A DNA stretch of 64,000 bases. Source: a virus (Duplodnaviria > Caudoviricetes). Each line of letters opens with the position of its first letter. Within the stretch, counting starts at the first letter, position 1. Below, piece after piece: positions 29,301 to 39,700 of the stretch. The notes under the pieces were generated by a model. The model was not told the DNA's origin. It did not search any database and worked only from the letters and a program-made list of their open reading frames with translations. Both the position numbers and the translations under genes were made by a program. The stretch lies in IMG/VR virus record IMGVR_UViG_3300032330_001398, one strand, 5' to 3'.

Positions 29301-32300
29301 TCATGGATTAGTTGATTTTCATGGAACACCATGCTCTGGCGCTGTTACAGAATTTATACCAAATTTTGGAGATTCTGAAAATTGGATTAAGATGAGTATT
29401 GATATTTTAAATCATACTTTGGATACTGGAAGATTAGTTAAAGATAACCAAGTACGATTTATAACTGACAATATAGGTTCTCAATATTTTAATCCAAATC
29501 TAGGAGAATTCAACCATATCCCAACTAGCGGTGGAAGAGTTTATATCTTTGAAAAAGAAAGTGGATCATGGAGTTTGATTCAGCAAATAGATTCACCATT
29601 AGACTCATATGGTATTCCAGACAGATTCGGACATGCTGTTGCTATTAGTGATAATGCCGAAGTTATAGCAGTAGGATCGCCATATATAGACAACGCTTGC
29701 GAAATTTATGAATATGATAGCGATGAAAAACTTAGATTATATAGAGAAATAGGAACTTGGATAAATTATAAGAGTTCAGCTAGTGGCGGGGTTGGTAAAT
29801 ACACAAACCTTAGATCATCCTATATTGCAAATATTTCAAAATTAGGATTAATAGAAGCTGGGAAAACTTTATATGTAGCTTTAGATACTACAGAAAGATT
29901 TGACGCTAGAAGGTATTTGAATATATCAGAGTACTCTAACATTAAATCGTTAAAATATTCAAGTCTATCAATAAATGGTACTTGGGAGTTCCTTACAGAA
30001 AGATTTGTTCCAACACCAAGATTAGGCTATAGCGTTGCTGTAAACGATGATGGAACAATAGTAGCTGTTGGTTGCCCAACCGATAGTTTAAATGCTTTTG
30101 ATGATGGAAATGTGTGGAGGGGCTATTGTTCATATAATGATCCATTAAATATTGATAATATCAATGGAGAAATAAAACCGGGATGGATATCAAATACTAA
30201 CGCTGGATCGGTTAGAGTATTGTCTTCAAGAAATTACTATCCGCACAATACCGCTGTAGAGTATACCAAATTTGGTAATTTACAACAAAGCTTGAGTAAG
30301 CCAGAAGATAGTCGATATTTCTCATATCTATCAAATATTTTTAAAGATCATAATTTTTATAAGACGGGATTTTCAGATTTAGATATACCACAAGAAGCTG
30401 GATTAGCATTCATAATTACTCCAGAAATTGACGCTGTTAGTGAAGAAATACTAACCAAAATTACTAACTGGTTAGCTCTTGGGGATAGAAATTTAGTACT
30501 TGTTGGAAATGATCCGGTATGGGAAGAAAACGGAATCTATTCTAAATCTAACGACATCATAAACAAAATTCTTACTGGCCTAAACTCAAGAATGAGATTA
30601 CATCCGGCTAGAAATAAATATGAGGCGTTAGTTTCTGGATGCAGTGTTAACATTATGCAGTCTTTTACTCCAGATTATTCAACTCCCTCAAATATAAAAA
30701 CTGGATCAGTTCGCGGGTACGGTGTTGGTGATATTAAGATGTATTTCCCAGATTATCAAGCATTTACTCCATGTAGCAATGGAAGCGAAGGATCACCAAT
30801 AAATGGCAAATGTGAATTGCCACTAATGCATAATGGAGATTTAAGAGCGCAATGGACAAATGAATGCTTAACATGTCCTCCAAATGAAAGAACAATAACA
30901 TATCCAGTTAATTGGCCATTAGTTTTTAATAATTTCACACCGCCATGCTGTATATCAAACCTTGGCATACAAACATATGATTTAAAGAATTTTGCTCCTG
31001 TTCCATTGCTTGTGGCGGCTGAATATAGTGAACCAATAACTGTAACTTACCCCGCAGTTCCAGCTAGGTACGAAAAAGTTCCAAAGTATAAAACAGTAAC
31101 AGTAAGAAGATCAAATCAATATTCCAGATTCAACAATGACAATATTGGAAATAATATTGAATTTATTTGGTCTGCCGATAACTCAAACTACACTAGTCTT
31201 AAAAACATAAGCAATTATCCTCATGATGGCAAATTCTTTGACCCAGAAGCAATAGATGATAGAGATAGTATTTTACAAGCTCAAGCAATATCTAAAGAAG
31301 AATCTAGCTATGTAACTCAACAAGTCGATATTTGCAGAACATACGCTGCAAAACAAAGATATTTAAACACTACTTCAGAGATTGTTCTTATAGCTGGTGT
31401 TGAAACTGAATCACGAAATCTATTGTATAGTGGTAATGCAAGTGATGCTAATATTGCTTTGTATGCTAGCATAGCTTCTATTAGCAGTGCTAGAAGTTCA
31501 AGTATAGCTCAACTTAATTCTTGGACAAATAGAACAAGTTTCAAAGATGGTTTTAGTAACTCTTATCTATATGAATTATTTCAATCACTTTTACATAACA
31601 TACAATTAAACGCCGATCAACCATATAATAATGATATTTGTTGGGTAGCAAATCCAAATACTCTTCCAAGTGATTCCGAACTTAATGTATTGAAAGATTG
31701 GCTTAAGACCGGAAACAAAAGATTAGTAATAACATATGATAACAGTCAATCTAAAGCAGCATTGATATCCAACCTATGTAATAAATTTGATATGTTTATA
31801 TCTCCACTATATCTAGGTGGTGCTAATAACAAATATGCAGAATCATCTTCTTATGGGTTAATGTTTAATACCAATAATAGCATATTCGATACTATAGATA
31901 GTTCAAAAATTAATAGCTACAATTTAAATCAAAATTCCATCAATTTTATTCCAATAAAAACCAATGTAAATAATTTAGATCATGAAAATCAATATATTAT
32001 TGCTTATGAAGATTCTCCGATTACCATAAGCAAAAAAGAATTCGTTGGTTATTGGCAAATGAAGAGCGGAATTACAAAAGTAACTTTCCCAGTTGTGGCG
32101 GGGTCTGGATATAAGATTTTCATAAATACTGTTTCTGAAACTAAATCAGATACAGAGTCATTGAAAGTATATATAGGAAATGCTGCTGGATCGCCAAGCG
32201 TTCCATACCCAACGTTGCCAAGTAAAATATCACTACAAGATATTGGCGAAACAGATCAATTTTACGCCGTTGAAGAAGCTTCGATATGTTCAAAAATAAC

Positions 32301-34632
32301 TTTTAATCCAGTTACTCCCGGTTTTGTTGATTCAAAAACTGTTAATGTTCAGATACCACAGGGAATTTCTGAATTAACTATGTACTTTGACTCTAATAAT
32401 CCAAGACTAAGTAATCAAAGTAAAGATTATACACCAAGCACAGTTAGATTATTAAGTGTTTCTGGCGTTAATTTACCAGTTGAATTAATAACAGCAACCA
32501 CAGACACAATTGAGTCTGTTTTTGATGGATATGAAACAGTAAAGGTTGCAGATGAAATTCCAGAAAGAACAGTTACAATTCCACCAACATTAAGACCAAT
32601 CCAAAATGATAATACTAAATATTGTCAATCAAGCACATGCGTTGAAAAAAATATGGGTAATCAAAAAATTCAAGACGGACCAGTTGTTGCCGCACAAGAA
32701 GTTGAGTCAATAACATCATTCTTAGCTGGAGATAATAGATCAAGAATAACGCTTCTTAGTGACTCAAGTTTGGTTCAAGGATCTTGCCTTTTAGATTCTG
32801 ACAATAGAATACCAGAAAATACAATCAATTTCTTAAGAAGTTTGTATCCATCTAGTAAACCATTTTCAAGTAATAGTGGGCGACAGTTTGATACTATAAC
32901 TAAAATAGTTTCCCCAGAAAGAGGAAGTCCACAAAAGTATTTCTCAATTTCTGAAAATGATGGAAACAACCTATTATTTAATCCACCGTTACCAGCAATA
33001 CAATTACCACTAGCATCTTTTGATGATAAAGAATCAGATTATGATCCAAGGTATATCATAAGGCCATTAAATCCTTATACTGATGATATGCCTGACTATA
33101 TAATTAAAAACATCAAGAAGAATGCTATTGATTCATTTATATCGCTACAAAGTGATAATGGAGCTACTGCTAAGTTTAGTGGAATAATAGAAGGAACTAT
33201 GTACGAAGACGCTCCATTTGTCGGTGGTATGCCACAGTTAATGAAAGACAAAGGATATGATTATTTAGATTTTGATAGATTTCCATCTGGATACCCCGGC
33301 GACTTATTCGGATATTCTATTGATCTATATCAAAATAAATTAATAGTTGGATCTCCATTCTCAGCATATTCTAAGGAAGAAATTAAACCTTGGAATTATT
33401 ATATTGATGGCGGCTCTGAATCTGGAATAAAAATTGGATATAATGGCGGCGCTGGCGCAGCATACATTTTTGAAAAAACTAATAATGGAGATGGGCCACT
33501 AGGAACAAAAACACCTTGGGAATTTATCCAAAAAATTAGACCACAAAGCATCAATATTGGTAGCGGAAATGTTGGAATTGGAGTTGTAAATGATCAATTC
33601 GGATATGATATATCTATTGATGGAGACATTATAGTTGTTGGCGCTCCCGGTCATGATTTTGGAAATTATAACGAAGAAGAAGTTGGATCATTTGGTAGGA
33701 AATTCTTTAATAGAGACTTCTATATACCACTAAGAACAGTGCATGATTTAGGAGATCAAACAACTAGAAATACTCTAAATAAACATGAACAAATTATCAA
33801 TAATGGCGCTGTTTTCACTTTTGAAAATAGAATCATTGATTGGAATAGTAAAACTAAAAAATGGATATATGTTGAAAAATCCGTTCCAGAAGGGTATAGC
33901 GATGGAACACAGAATAGTATAAATGATAAGTATGGAAAATCTGTTGCTATAGATAAGTCTAATAGAACCGATGCTGACTATACCATCGTTGTTGGATCTC
34001 CATTTCATGACTATGCAACCAGTGGAAATCATATTTCAGAACAACCAATGAATGACGCTGGTTCAGCATATATAGCTGATATAGTCTTAAGAAGACAGCC
34101 AGCGGCCAAACCAAGTCCAAATAGTTTTATCAATTCTAGAGTTTTTGGGTTTACCTATGATAATGAAGATAATATAGTAAGGTTGGATTTTGTTAATAAT
34201 AATGATGATAATAAGCTATATTCAGCTAGTGGAATTATATACTCAAATATACAGGGTGAAATTTTCTTAGAGGCTTCTGGTCAAGACCCAGCAACTAAGG
34301 GATTTATACAACATCGGCCCTATATTATGGCTGTTGATGGACAATATGTATACGGAACTCCGTCCTATGAAGGTATGACTTTAACAACATTTGGCAAATT
34401 TGACCTTGAAAATACCATGAATATGTTTACAAATGTAGGAGATAATTTTGTGTATAATAATGTAGGACTGTATACTAGCGCAATCACAGGATTTGCTTCT
34501 GGGGTTCCATCTGGGCTGTATTTGTTTATTGAATCTCAAAATACAACAGATATTTCCTCAAGTTTGACACTGATAGCTAGTGGGATAGGAAGCGATACTG
34601 ACACACTAAATCTGCGTATCAGAGGAAAATAA
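23350..34632 (+). CDS. Giant tail-tip/baseplate adhesin: LamG-like domain, beta-shaft repeats, seven FG-GAP repeats with large inserted domains
   Basis: 3760 aa; seven [FYL]G.[SAD][VIL]...G.P repeats; GYINFG...FAIFARF...GIIFSK...LTYN....LKLY LamG-like segment; follows TMP. Confidence 0.7.
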   Translation: MLTDCLPCQLKRTSRIKSTSSLKVSSISDLSPKARLSGIGGLKLDISKKIGFTARLTVDSDFKAKENMTFGLNELSQSGEGDIRGILSVSGNLIGRVSSSSSIQNVYVDKFAGPISSLSSVNNFFSTERLYPISDVIVDNIVDKNLNNSNLFPSIDDGIFTGNYTENYKISKLISDDANSYIQPSSIITDGNFRYKFEVTKPFAIKDSFLFIRASAPISNYTSSTPPRYSLSNIKLEDPSGNLIIKYKDIILRGDSDYSKDNVNYTTYISEPEINNLSLGTWEYNYPLMEEEDGYTLNIDIASLCLDDPFDTGFNKGYEYDCVSLESELSEILPLLPQPNNSIRISSIEILNSGGVGVLRDNYVTLYSEVQAVGQRISRSIKPSQLLNKDFDTGIYPTVKSLWKSNNGLVNNSSTAGSNALQNILVNESKNDFIVLDYIDGVSDSGKLNLKFSHTPPVYVDEYSDGSFNFGQLSRNFKSAKFNRVAPVDNFFTVDSAELKITAKKAIGSRDYVIDVVGYSDDKLLNITSAVGGFLQNVSGVGDIPISSGFSNIDDLGISSETISDKSSYYSSSLTNNAGGDHYQLTSSPVVNSTSFDDYIIPLKIYDDRVSIGKSRDYSSSSFFENLYLDIFPIPSGASISNVELIVYYKPSNGLMLHTLGQGSRQVGHATVKIYPSRRQINDDIINTGPEYAPISLIEDIPHGYKTTTTLKTNYPRRWRGVDGTITSGPFDPYQFDFSFYNPQLATPFLSGYFSFNNDIDGIIISDEIPDFSPISGFYIGEYNVIKNIGLRFNSTSAFTENTPYTTIDWTSIEGYENDPLYGLISDSYDNAVRVHGSNGYINFGNIDTVSGFAIFARFSPDINMSGIGYNLWNSGIIFSKHDDEEDLIFALGYEDGYLTGYARDSDGNIHSVQDAASYDEYQYPLSVILTYNDNLSQKLKLYTDNEKNFNGDDALSNWNCLRDESSEFTLDTNNSDLTFGYSKNDNIGISAFITDIGISTYNTSGTNIVSLLMPVDLINKQMVADKFFETLRHKFWKEIEPTVADEFKLWQYIDEDTSDWHLGAFEYNSFSPAYDSFTKRVGSDYLIHRLKHDGSSYSFTTDLLLPSSVPTEGISYHSQIENDFLRFNLSDIPDANPNFISVAPRICKTLPRGYNFAERAMVVDTIIQHECDTTISWNDGTFGPKLIVSLYTKNQEPIDRPSKVNWGLINRHTHYLEISGHWTKLSSTFDFNDLIDTSEPWANFDQDRNISEFEAKYYSTDINDMFLQYDLVYPSGQPFDSKIKIHSATVRLEDALIRAADLNSSFNLIGSGEFKSLTDINLYVGGLEVTSGDMSLFIDSQPIPTSSSVMNVFCSGGDWIKNHLSLYVLTIGTIDSSNSDNYQSFDIFGSSRILGPALFIDGKTNQFDEQNLSLFTENLLASQTASGNLSLFTSNKLLSDVNKASFNMYIFCNTYTSHFPYDKMSLYTEVQNLYDRSQNSFNLYASAQDYTITTLDNSFNLYTLNYLAYNQELTQQTTIGWNNVSVGKSIELDDNIYATLNANDEIRGVDLICYGKCDNGIPCQEDSVFLHEQLWKAPIECIDGGIFRAKKTYTNLSTRGFNTDVGYSGHFYGIRKYTDLIPNAPYKVVITGKTGSTNRIEIPKEFEELNYPIEGFGQSGTKLIGDEPYVENGRQINAHYGKSVAVKKDLIAIGSPFSTVYDSNDYALENAGTIFLYRRLPAPSGNEWSLNLNEHKSGWMLEDQINLPTGYIRDYYTQQSTVLFPGFDPITERYWNVGQEGRQFGHSLDLAIHPVNNSLNEPNKQILVVGGPSSNWTRTFDQLNPEKVQIALIIFTDEFSPVSSDGRTYVNIIENIKNKDLIFKYFSDPSTQFDVKLIIFEPTLDQQITSLDFPDPKPTFITKKRIHRAWGNDPQTETILNEIKDGFHEAFPYDENALNNNIPPLLGFYVDNSWSLGKASLNGKNGGGAIDQFIDYYKDYSFTHGLVDFHGTPCSGAVTEFIPNFGDSENWIKMSIDILNHTLDTGRLVKDNQVRFITDNIGSQYFNPNLGEFNHIPTSGGRVYIFEKESGSWSLIQQIDSPLDSYGIPDRFGHAVAISDNAEVIAVGSPYIDNACEIYEYDSDEKLRLYREIGTWINYKSSASGGVGKYTNLRSSYIANISKLGLIEAGKTLYVALDTTERFDARRYLNISEYSNIKSLKYSSLSINGTWEFLTERFVPTPRLGYSVAVNDDGTIVAVGCPTDSLNAFDDGNVWRGYCSYNDPLNIDNINGEIKPGWISNTNAGSVRVLSSRNYYPHNTAVEYTKFGNLQQSLSKPEDSRYFSYLSNIFKDHNFYKTGFSDLDIPQEAGLAFIITPEIDAVSEEILTKITNWLALGDRNLVLVGNDPVWEENGIYSKSNDIINKILTGLNSRMRLHPARNKYEALVSGCSVNIMQSFTPDYSTPSNIKTGSVRGYGVGDIKMYFPDYQAFTPCSNGSEGSPINGKCELPLMHNGDLRAQWTNECLTCPPNERTITYPVNWPLVFNNFTPPCCISNLGIQTYDLKNFAPVPLLVAAEYSEPITVTYPAVPARYEKVPKYKTVTVRRSNQYSRFNNDNIGNNIEFIWSADNSNYTSLKNISNYPHDGKFFDPEAIDDRDSILQAQAISKEESSYVTQQVDICRTYAAKQRYLNTTSEIVLIAGVETESRNLLYSGNASDANIALYASIASISSARSSSIAQLNSWTNRTSFKDGFSNSYLYELFQSLLHNIQLNADQPYNNDICWVANPNTLPSDSELNVLKDWLKTGNKRLVITYDNSQSKAALISNLCNKFDMFISPLYLGGANNKYAESSSYGLMFNTNNSIFDTIDSSKINSYNLNQNSINFIPIKTNVNNLDHENQYIIAYEDSPITISKKEFVGYWQMKSGITKVTFPVVAGSGYKIFINTVSETKSDTESLKVYIGNAAGSPSVPYPTLPSKISLQDIGETDQFYAVEEASICSKITFNPVTPGFVDSKTVNVQIPQGISELTMYFDSNNPRLSNQSKDYTPSTVRLLSVSGVNLPVELITATTDTIESVFDGYETVKVADEIPERTVTIPPTLRPIQNDNTKYCQSSTCVEKNMGNQKIQDGPVVAAQEVESITSFLAGDNRSRITLLSDSSLVQGSCLLDSDNRIPENTINFLRSLYPSSKPFSSNSGRQFDTITKIVSPERGSPQKYFSISENDGNNLLFNPPLPAIQLPLASFDDKESDYDPRYIIRPLNPYTDDMPDYIIKNIKKNAIDSFISLQSDNGATAKFSGIIEGTMYEDAPFVGGMPQLMKDKGYDYLDFDRFPSGYPGDLFGYSIDLYQNKLIVGSPFSAYSKEEIKPWNYYIDGGSESGIKIGYNGGAGAAYIFEKTNNGDGPLGTKTPWEFIQKIRPQSINIGSGNVGIGVVNDQFGYDISIDGDIIVVGAPGHDFGNYNEEEVGSFGRKFFNRDFYIPLRTVHDLGDQTTRNTLNKHEQIINNGAVFTFENRIIDWNSKTKKWIYVEKSVPEGYSDGTQNSINDKYGKSVAIDKSNRTDADYTIVVGSPFHDYATSGNHISEQPMNDAGSAYIADIVLRRQPAAKPSPNSFINSRVFGFTYDNEDNIVRLDFVNNNDDNKLYSASGIIYSNIQGEIFLEASGQDPATKGFIQHRPYIMAVDGQYVYGTPSYEGMTLTTFGKFDLENTMNMFTNVGDNFVYNNVGLYTSAITGFASGVPSGLYLFIESQNTTDISSSLTLIASGIGSDTDTLNLRIRGK
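34450..34466 (+). promoter_or_regulatory. Intragenic putative late-promoter motif GTGTAT-N7-TAGG
   Basis: gtgtat aataatg tagg, ~170 bp before the 34632 start. Confidence 0.4.
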
Positions 34633-36407
34633 TGATAACAGTATACTATAGAAATGTTACGCCATGCGTTATTAGACCAACACCATTTGTGTCTATTTCT
34701 TATAGCGCCCAAAGAAATAAAATTGGAACTCTTGGCGGCAGTTACGACATTACTCTAACTGGTACTATTATTGATGATGAAGGTTCACCACTACTTTTTG
34801 ATAATTCGATAAAAAGTACGGGTAATTTTTCTACAGATTATGCTAGACCAGCATCTCAAAGTATAGGTCTTGATCAAAAGTTAAGATCAATATTGCAAAA
34901 ACAAAATGTTATTAGAGAATTATTTTCTTCAGATGGTCAAAGAATAGAGATTTTACCAATTTCTAACGATCCCGGCAACGGTGGAATTAATACCGGAGGA
35001 TCAGACGAACCAATAATGGTATTTTATCCAACTATTCAATCAGTAAATTTTGAAGAGGGAATATATGTAAATACTTGTAAATATACTATTACATTAAAAG
35101 CTGATACTATATTAGATGCTGAAAATAAAGTTTATTTAGATGGAGTAATATCTAATACATTTTCAAACTCAGTATCAAGTAATGATTCTTTATTTTATTA
35201 TAACGACGAGAGATTGACGCAAGAATCAATAATAAATACGTATGGTGGATTTGTTGAAGATTTTACAGAGAATTGGGCAATTGAAGTTGACGATCAAAAT
35301 GGTATAACAAATACATATATTGATGAAAATGATGATACCCAAGATAGTATTCAAAATATAAGAACATATAGATTAACAAGAAATATGAATGCTACTGGAA
35401 AAGTAACATATTATCCATCTGGCAACAATGGAACGGTTGTCAAAAGTGAAGCTTGGAAACAAGCAAAAGATTTCATAAAGAAAAAAATTGCTATTGCTAA
35501 TGATGGAGTATCAGAGTATCCAAGATTTGATATAGAGTTAATATTTGCAAAAGATTTTCTTAATCTTAGTAATCTATACGGTGGATATAATCACTCTCGC
35601 ACCGAAAACATAGATAAAACTAATGGTCAATATAGTTTAACAGATACTTGGTTATTATCAAGTGGAACAGCTTATGAAAACTACAATATGAGTATTAGTA
35701 GTAGTATAGACGCTCCATTAATTAATCTATCAATTCAAGGAACTATAAAAGGTTTAACGAGTATACCAATTAGTGGAGCATTATATGGAGGTAATGATAC
35801 CTCACCCATAAACTCACCGTATCAAAATGCAGTTAATAAATATCGTCAAATCAGCAACAATGGACAATATGGATTAACATCCGCTCTATATAAAAGAGCG
35901 CAAAATGCTATGTATCCAATAGTGCCTAACGCTCAACCAAAAAGTTTAAGTTTAGGTTTGAATGCGTTTACTGGAGAAATAACATATACTCTTGAGTTTA
36001 ATAATCGTCCTATGAATTATATTTCTGGAGTATTATCAGAAAATATTTCTATTAGTGATACTTATCCCGGAGATGTTTTTGCCGTTATACCAGTTATTGG
36101 TAGACAAACCGGACCTATATTACAATATATTGGGGGTAGAACAGAATATCAAAGAAGTGTTGGAATAGAATTCAATGTTGATTATACAAATTTACCATAC
36201 GGTAGAAATAGAAATAGTTTTGTATTATCAAAACCAAGTTTAAATGAACCAATTAGAACTCAAATTAATGAACTAATTACATCACTAAGCCCAGCTAATG
36301 AGCCGGGAATTAGAAAATATTTTTTAAATCCACCAGCAGAAAGTTGGAACCCAAAAGACGGAAAATATTCTTTGAATTTAAATTGGACATATGAATTGGA
36401 TCATTAA
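34632..36407 (+). CDS. Putative distal tail/baseplate protein
   Basis: 591 aa beta-rich; IRPTPFVSISY...YDITLTGTI; TAATG coupling; position in tail module. Confidence 0.5.
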   Translation: MITVYYRNVTPCVIRPTPFVSISYSAQRNKIGTLGGSYDITLTGTIIDDEGSPLLFDNSIKSTGNFSTDYARPASQSIGLDQKLRSILQKQNVIRELFSSDGQRIEILPISNDPGNGGINTGGSDEPIMVFYPTIQSVNFEEGIYVNTCKYTITLKADTILDAENKVYLDGVISNTFSNSVSSNDSLFYYNDERLTQESIINTYGGFVEDFTENWAIEVDDQNGITNTYIDENDDTQDSIQNIRTYRLTRNMNATGKVTYYPSGNNGTVVKSEAWKQAKDFIKKKIAIANDGVSEYPRFDIELIFAKDFLNLSNLYGGYNHSRTENIDKTNGQYSLTDTWLLSSGTAYENYNMSISSSIDAPLINLSIQGTIKGLTSIPISGALYGGNDTSPINSPYQNAVNKYRQISNNGQYGLTSALYKRAQNAMYPIVPNAQPKSLSLGLNAFTGEITYTLEFNNRPMNYISGVLSENISISDTYPGDVFAVIPVIGRQTGPILQYIGGRTEYQRSVGIEFNVDYTNLPYGRNRNSFVLSKPSLNEPIRTQINELITSLSPANEPGIRKYFLNPPAESWNPKDGKYSLNLNWTYELDH

Positions 36408-36409
36408 TT

Positions 36410-36799
36410 ATGGGATTATTTACTCCACTCACGTATGAACAAAAATATGGACACCTCTCTAATCCAAGCGGTGTTTTAGCTTCCGGTCAAGCTAATTTTG
36501 AAGATCCTTTACAGATAGAAACCACTACAGTATTTACATCCAGCGTACCTTTATTAAATCGCAATGGATTAGTTTATACAGAGAATAATTATCTATCCAA
36601 CGCTAAACAGTCAAGAGACTTTTCTATAAATGACTTTCAAGTTTTTAATCCATATATACATTACTACCCATCACCGAATGCTGGTAATGGTATAATAAAT
36701 AAAAAAGCATCAGCATTTGAAATAAATACATCTGGTTTTTACAATCTAGCTGTTTCTGGATTCAATATGTATAACACAAAATATAGGCCACTATCATGA
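36410..36799 (+). CDS. Hypothetical structural protein
   Basis: 129-aa ORF coupled to neighbours. Confidence 0.65.
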   Translation: MGLFTPLTYEQKYGHLSNPSGVLASGQANFEDPLQIETTTVFTSSVPLLNRNGLVYTENNYLSNAKQSRDFSINDFQVFNPYIHYYPSPNAGNGIINKKASAFEINTSGFYNLAVSGFNMYNTKYRPLS

Positions 36800-39700
36800 C
36801 AGAAGTTGTTTATAATCGACCAGCGGGAGATCATTCCATACAACCAGCTTCTGGTTATTATGGAATTAATTGGCCTAGCACTAGCGGCGTTATACCTCAA
36901 AGCTTTTCAATGGGTGGATGGACTTCTGGAAATTTAGGATATGTACAGCAAACTTTCCTTGGGGCTTCTATACGATCTTTTAATTTAAATGGAGGTTTTG
37001 GAGACACTAGTTCTCAACTTTCTGTAGAATTGATTAATGATGAGTTCAATGTATCAGACAAAAAATCAAAGGGCGAAGGCGATGATGTTTATCACAATGG
37101 AACATACGACACTTTTGCTCCACCTCCAGTTGGATCTCCTGTATTTTTCAAATTTGGATCTAATTACGCAACAGTAGCAGAAGCCTATAAAAAAACTTTT
37201 GATGATCTATATAATACATCCACTTTCTCAAATATTCAACCTAAAGTGGTAGGAAATTACGATAAAAATAATTTTGTAGAACTCCAAAATGGACAATATA
37301 TTGACATACAAAATGGTAAAATATTAGATAATAGCGAATTTTTAAATAGTAAATATCGAGGTAAAGATCATTTGACATTTGGCGGTATTTTACAATCTTA
37401 TGTTCAAAATCGTGGCCCAGCGGGAAATCCACTATATTCTGTTCAAGTTGTTGACCCCAGAGAAATATTATCCAACGCTATAATTGTGTTAAATAATTAT
37501 GCTGGCACAACTCATAAAAACCCAAACATGTTCAACATATATGGATTTTTAGAATATGACCCAACAGAAACTTTACAATCCCAATTGGAATCTTTTTATC
37601 CAAACAAAAACGTTCTAACAAAATATGTCAATTCTTCTGGAATATATTCGTATTCTGGATATGATATTCGTGGGATAAATGGTGTTGATATTTTTAGTAG
37701 TAGTGGAAATTATGATTTTACAATAGGTGGTGCGTCGTACAATTTTTTACAAAATTATCCTGTTAGAATGCCAATAACTGGAACCGGTTTTTCCAGAAGA
37801 GGAAATCAAGGTATCCCATACTATAGACTAAGACAAGGATTAAATGCTTTACTTGGAATTGATGGATTATTACCTCAAGAATATACAGACGCTGGTTTTG
37901 GTAGCTATATCAATTTTCGTGGTTTTAATTATTTAGTTGATCTTGGTGGACTCAAAAAAATAAGCGATTACTATTTCTTTGATTTTGATCAAATGAATCT
38001 TTTAGATTTGTGTTTAGAAATTTGTGATATTACAAGTAGCGATTTATTTGTAACATTATTGCCCATCATTGAGCATCCTGTATCGCAGCGTTTTTATGAT
38101 TACAACAAAACCAAGATGAAAGAAAATAAACCAAAAGAAATTATTGCTGGTATTATTAGAGTTGATGCTATAGATAGATCAAAACAACCAGAATATGGCG
38201 CAATTAAAAAATATATTGACAGTTTAGCTAGTAGTGGAATTTTTGTTGAAAATCAAGATGTTGGGTTTGAATTATCTAATGTAACAACTGATAAGTTTAT
38301 AGTTGGCGCTCAAGAAGTAGATATGTATTATTTCTCAGGCAACGCTGATAGAGATGAGCTAGAAATAAGAAAACAAAAAGCTGGCTATTCAAACAGTGCA
38401 GACTTTCTTGTGGGTGAACAGTGGAAATTAGAAACATCTTTAAAACAACAGATTATTCCATATTATGGACTACTTGGAAGTAATGGAAATAAAGCTGTAA
38501 CTATTCCAAAAGGGTTTGGTGCTTATCAACAAATTTTACTTGATACAACGGGTTTAAACGCTAATGGTGTTGGAAATTATTATGTTGCAACAGAAATGGA
38601 ATTAAGAGCAGCTTTAGTGTCATACACAAGATGGAAAGATTTCTTAGTACTATATAATGATTTATATATGGAAAGCATTGAAGATAATGACGCTTTAGAA
38701 CAATCAGCTTTAGCACAAACAGCCGCTCCACCCGCCGGTGCGCCAAATGTTGTTCAAGTAAAACCAAATATATCAAATAATTATGCAGTAACTGTTCCAA
38801 GGTCAGTTTTTGATACAGATAAAGAAGTTCCATATGGAGATGACGATTTACCATCTAGTCCATGCAATCCACCGTATGGATATCCTTTATATTATAAACG
38901 TGCTACTAAAATTGGTATTTCAGAAGCTGGATTAGCAGGATTACAAGGATCGTATAATACTATTCTAACAAATTTGGCAGCATTACAAAATGCCTCTGAT
39001 GATGATTTTCCAATCTTGTTGAGATCTCAATGGACTGCTTACACTGAAGGAACTGGCCCAAATGGCGTTCAAAGCGATGAAGAAAAGCAATTCTACGATT
39101 GGATCAAATCATTAATAGATAGCGGCAAAAAGAAAAGCGAAGTTATAGGATTGATAGAAAATACTTTAACCGGTCTAGCAAGATCATTTAAGATATTGAA
39201 TAGATTGAGTAAAAAAACAACAGAAAATTCTCTAAGGGTATACAACTTTATAAAACAGATAGCAGATGAATGTTTTGGTAGAAAATTTTTGATTAGAATT
39301 CCAAATGAAGTTAATCTATGGTATAGTTCAAATATTAATCTTGAAAATGATGACATTAATATAAATGCTTATTCTCAAGGACCATTCGGTTTTCGTCCAA
39401 GATCAATTAATTATGATCCAAATTATGAGTACGGAAACGTGTTTAAACAACTAATAAGAAGCGAAAGAGAAAAAAATGGAAACCCAAGTCATTTTATAAC
39501 TTCATTTTTAACTAAACTTGATAACGTGGGATATTCAAAATTTAAAGGCGCTTTACATACAAATTGGAATCCAATAGCTGAAAAATATGAATTTAATTAT
39601 GAACCAAATAAAGATGGTGGATTTATAAATTTTGATTTATATGAAAATGTATCAAATTCTAAGAGTCTTGGTGTGTCTCAGGGGTTAATACCTCAAGATG

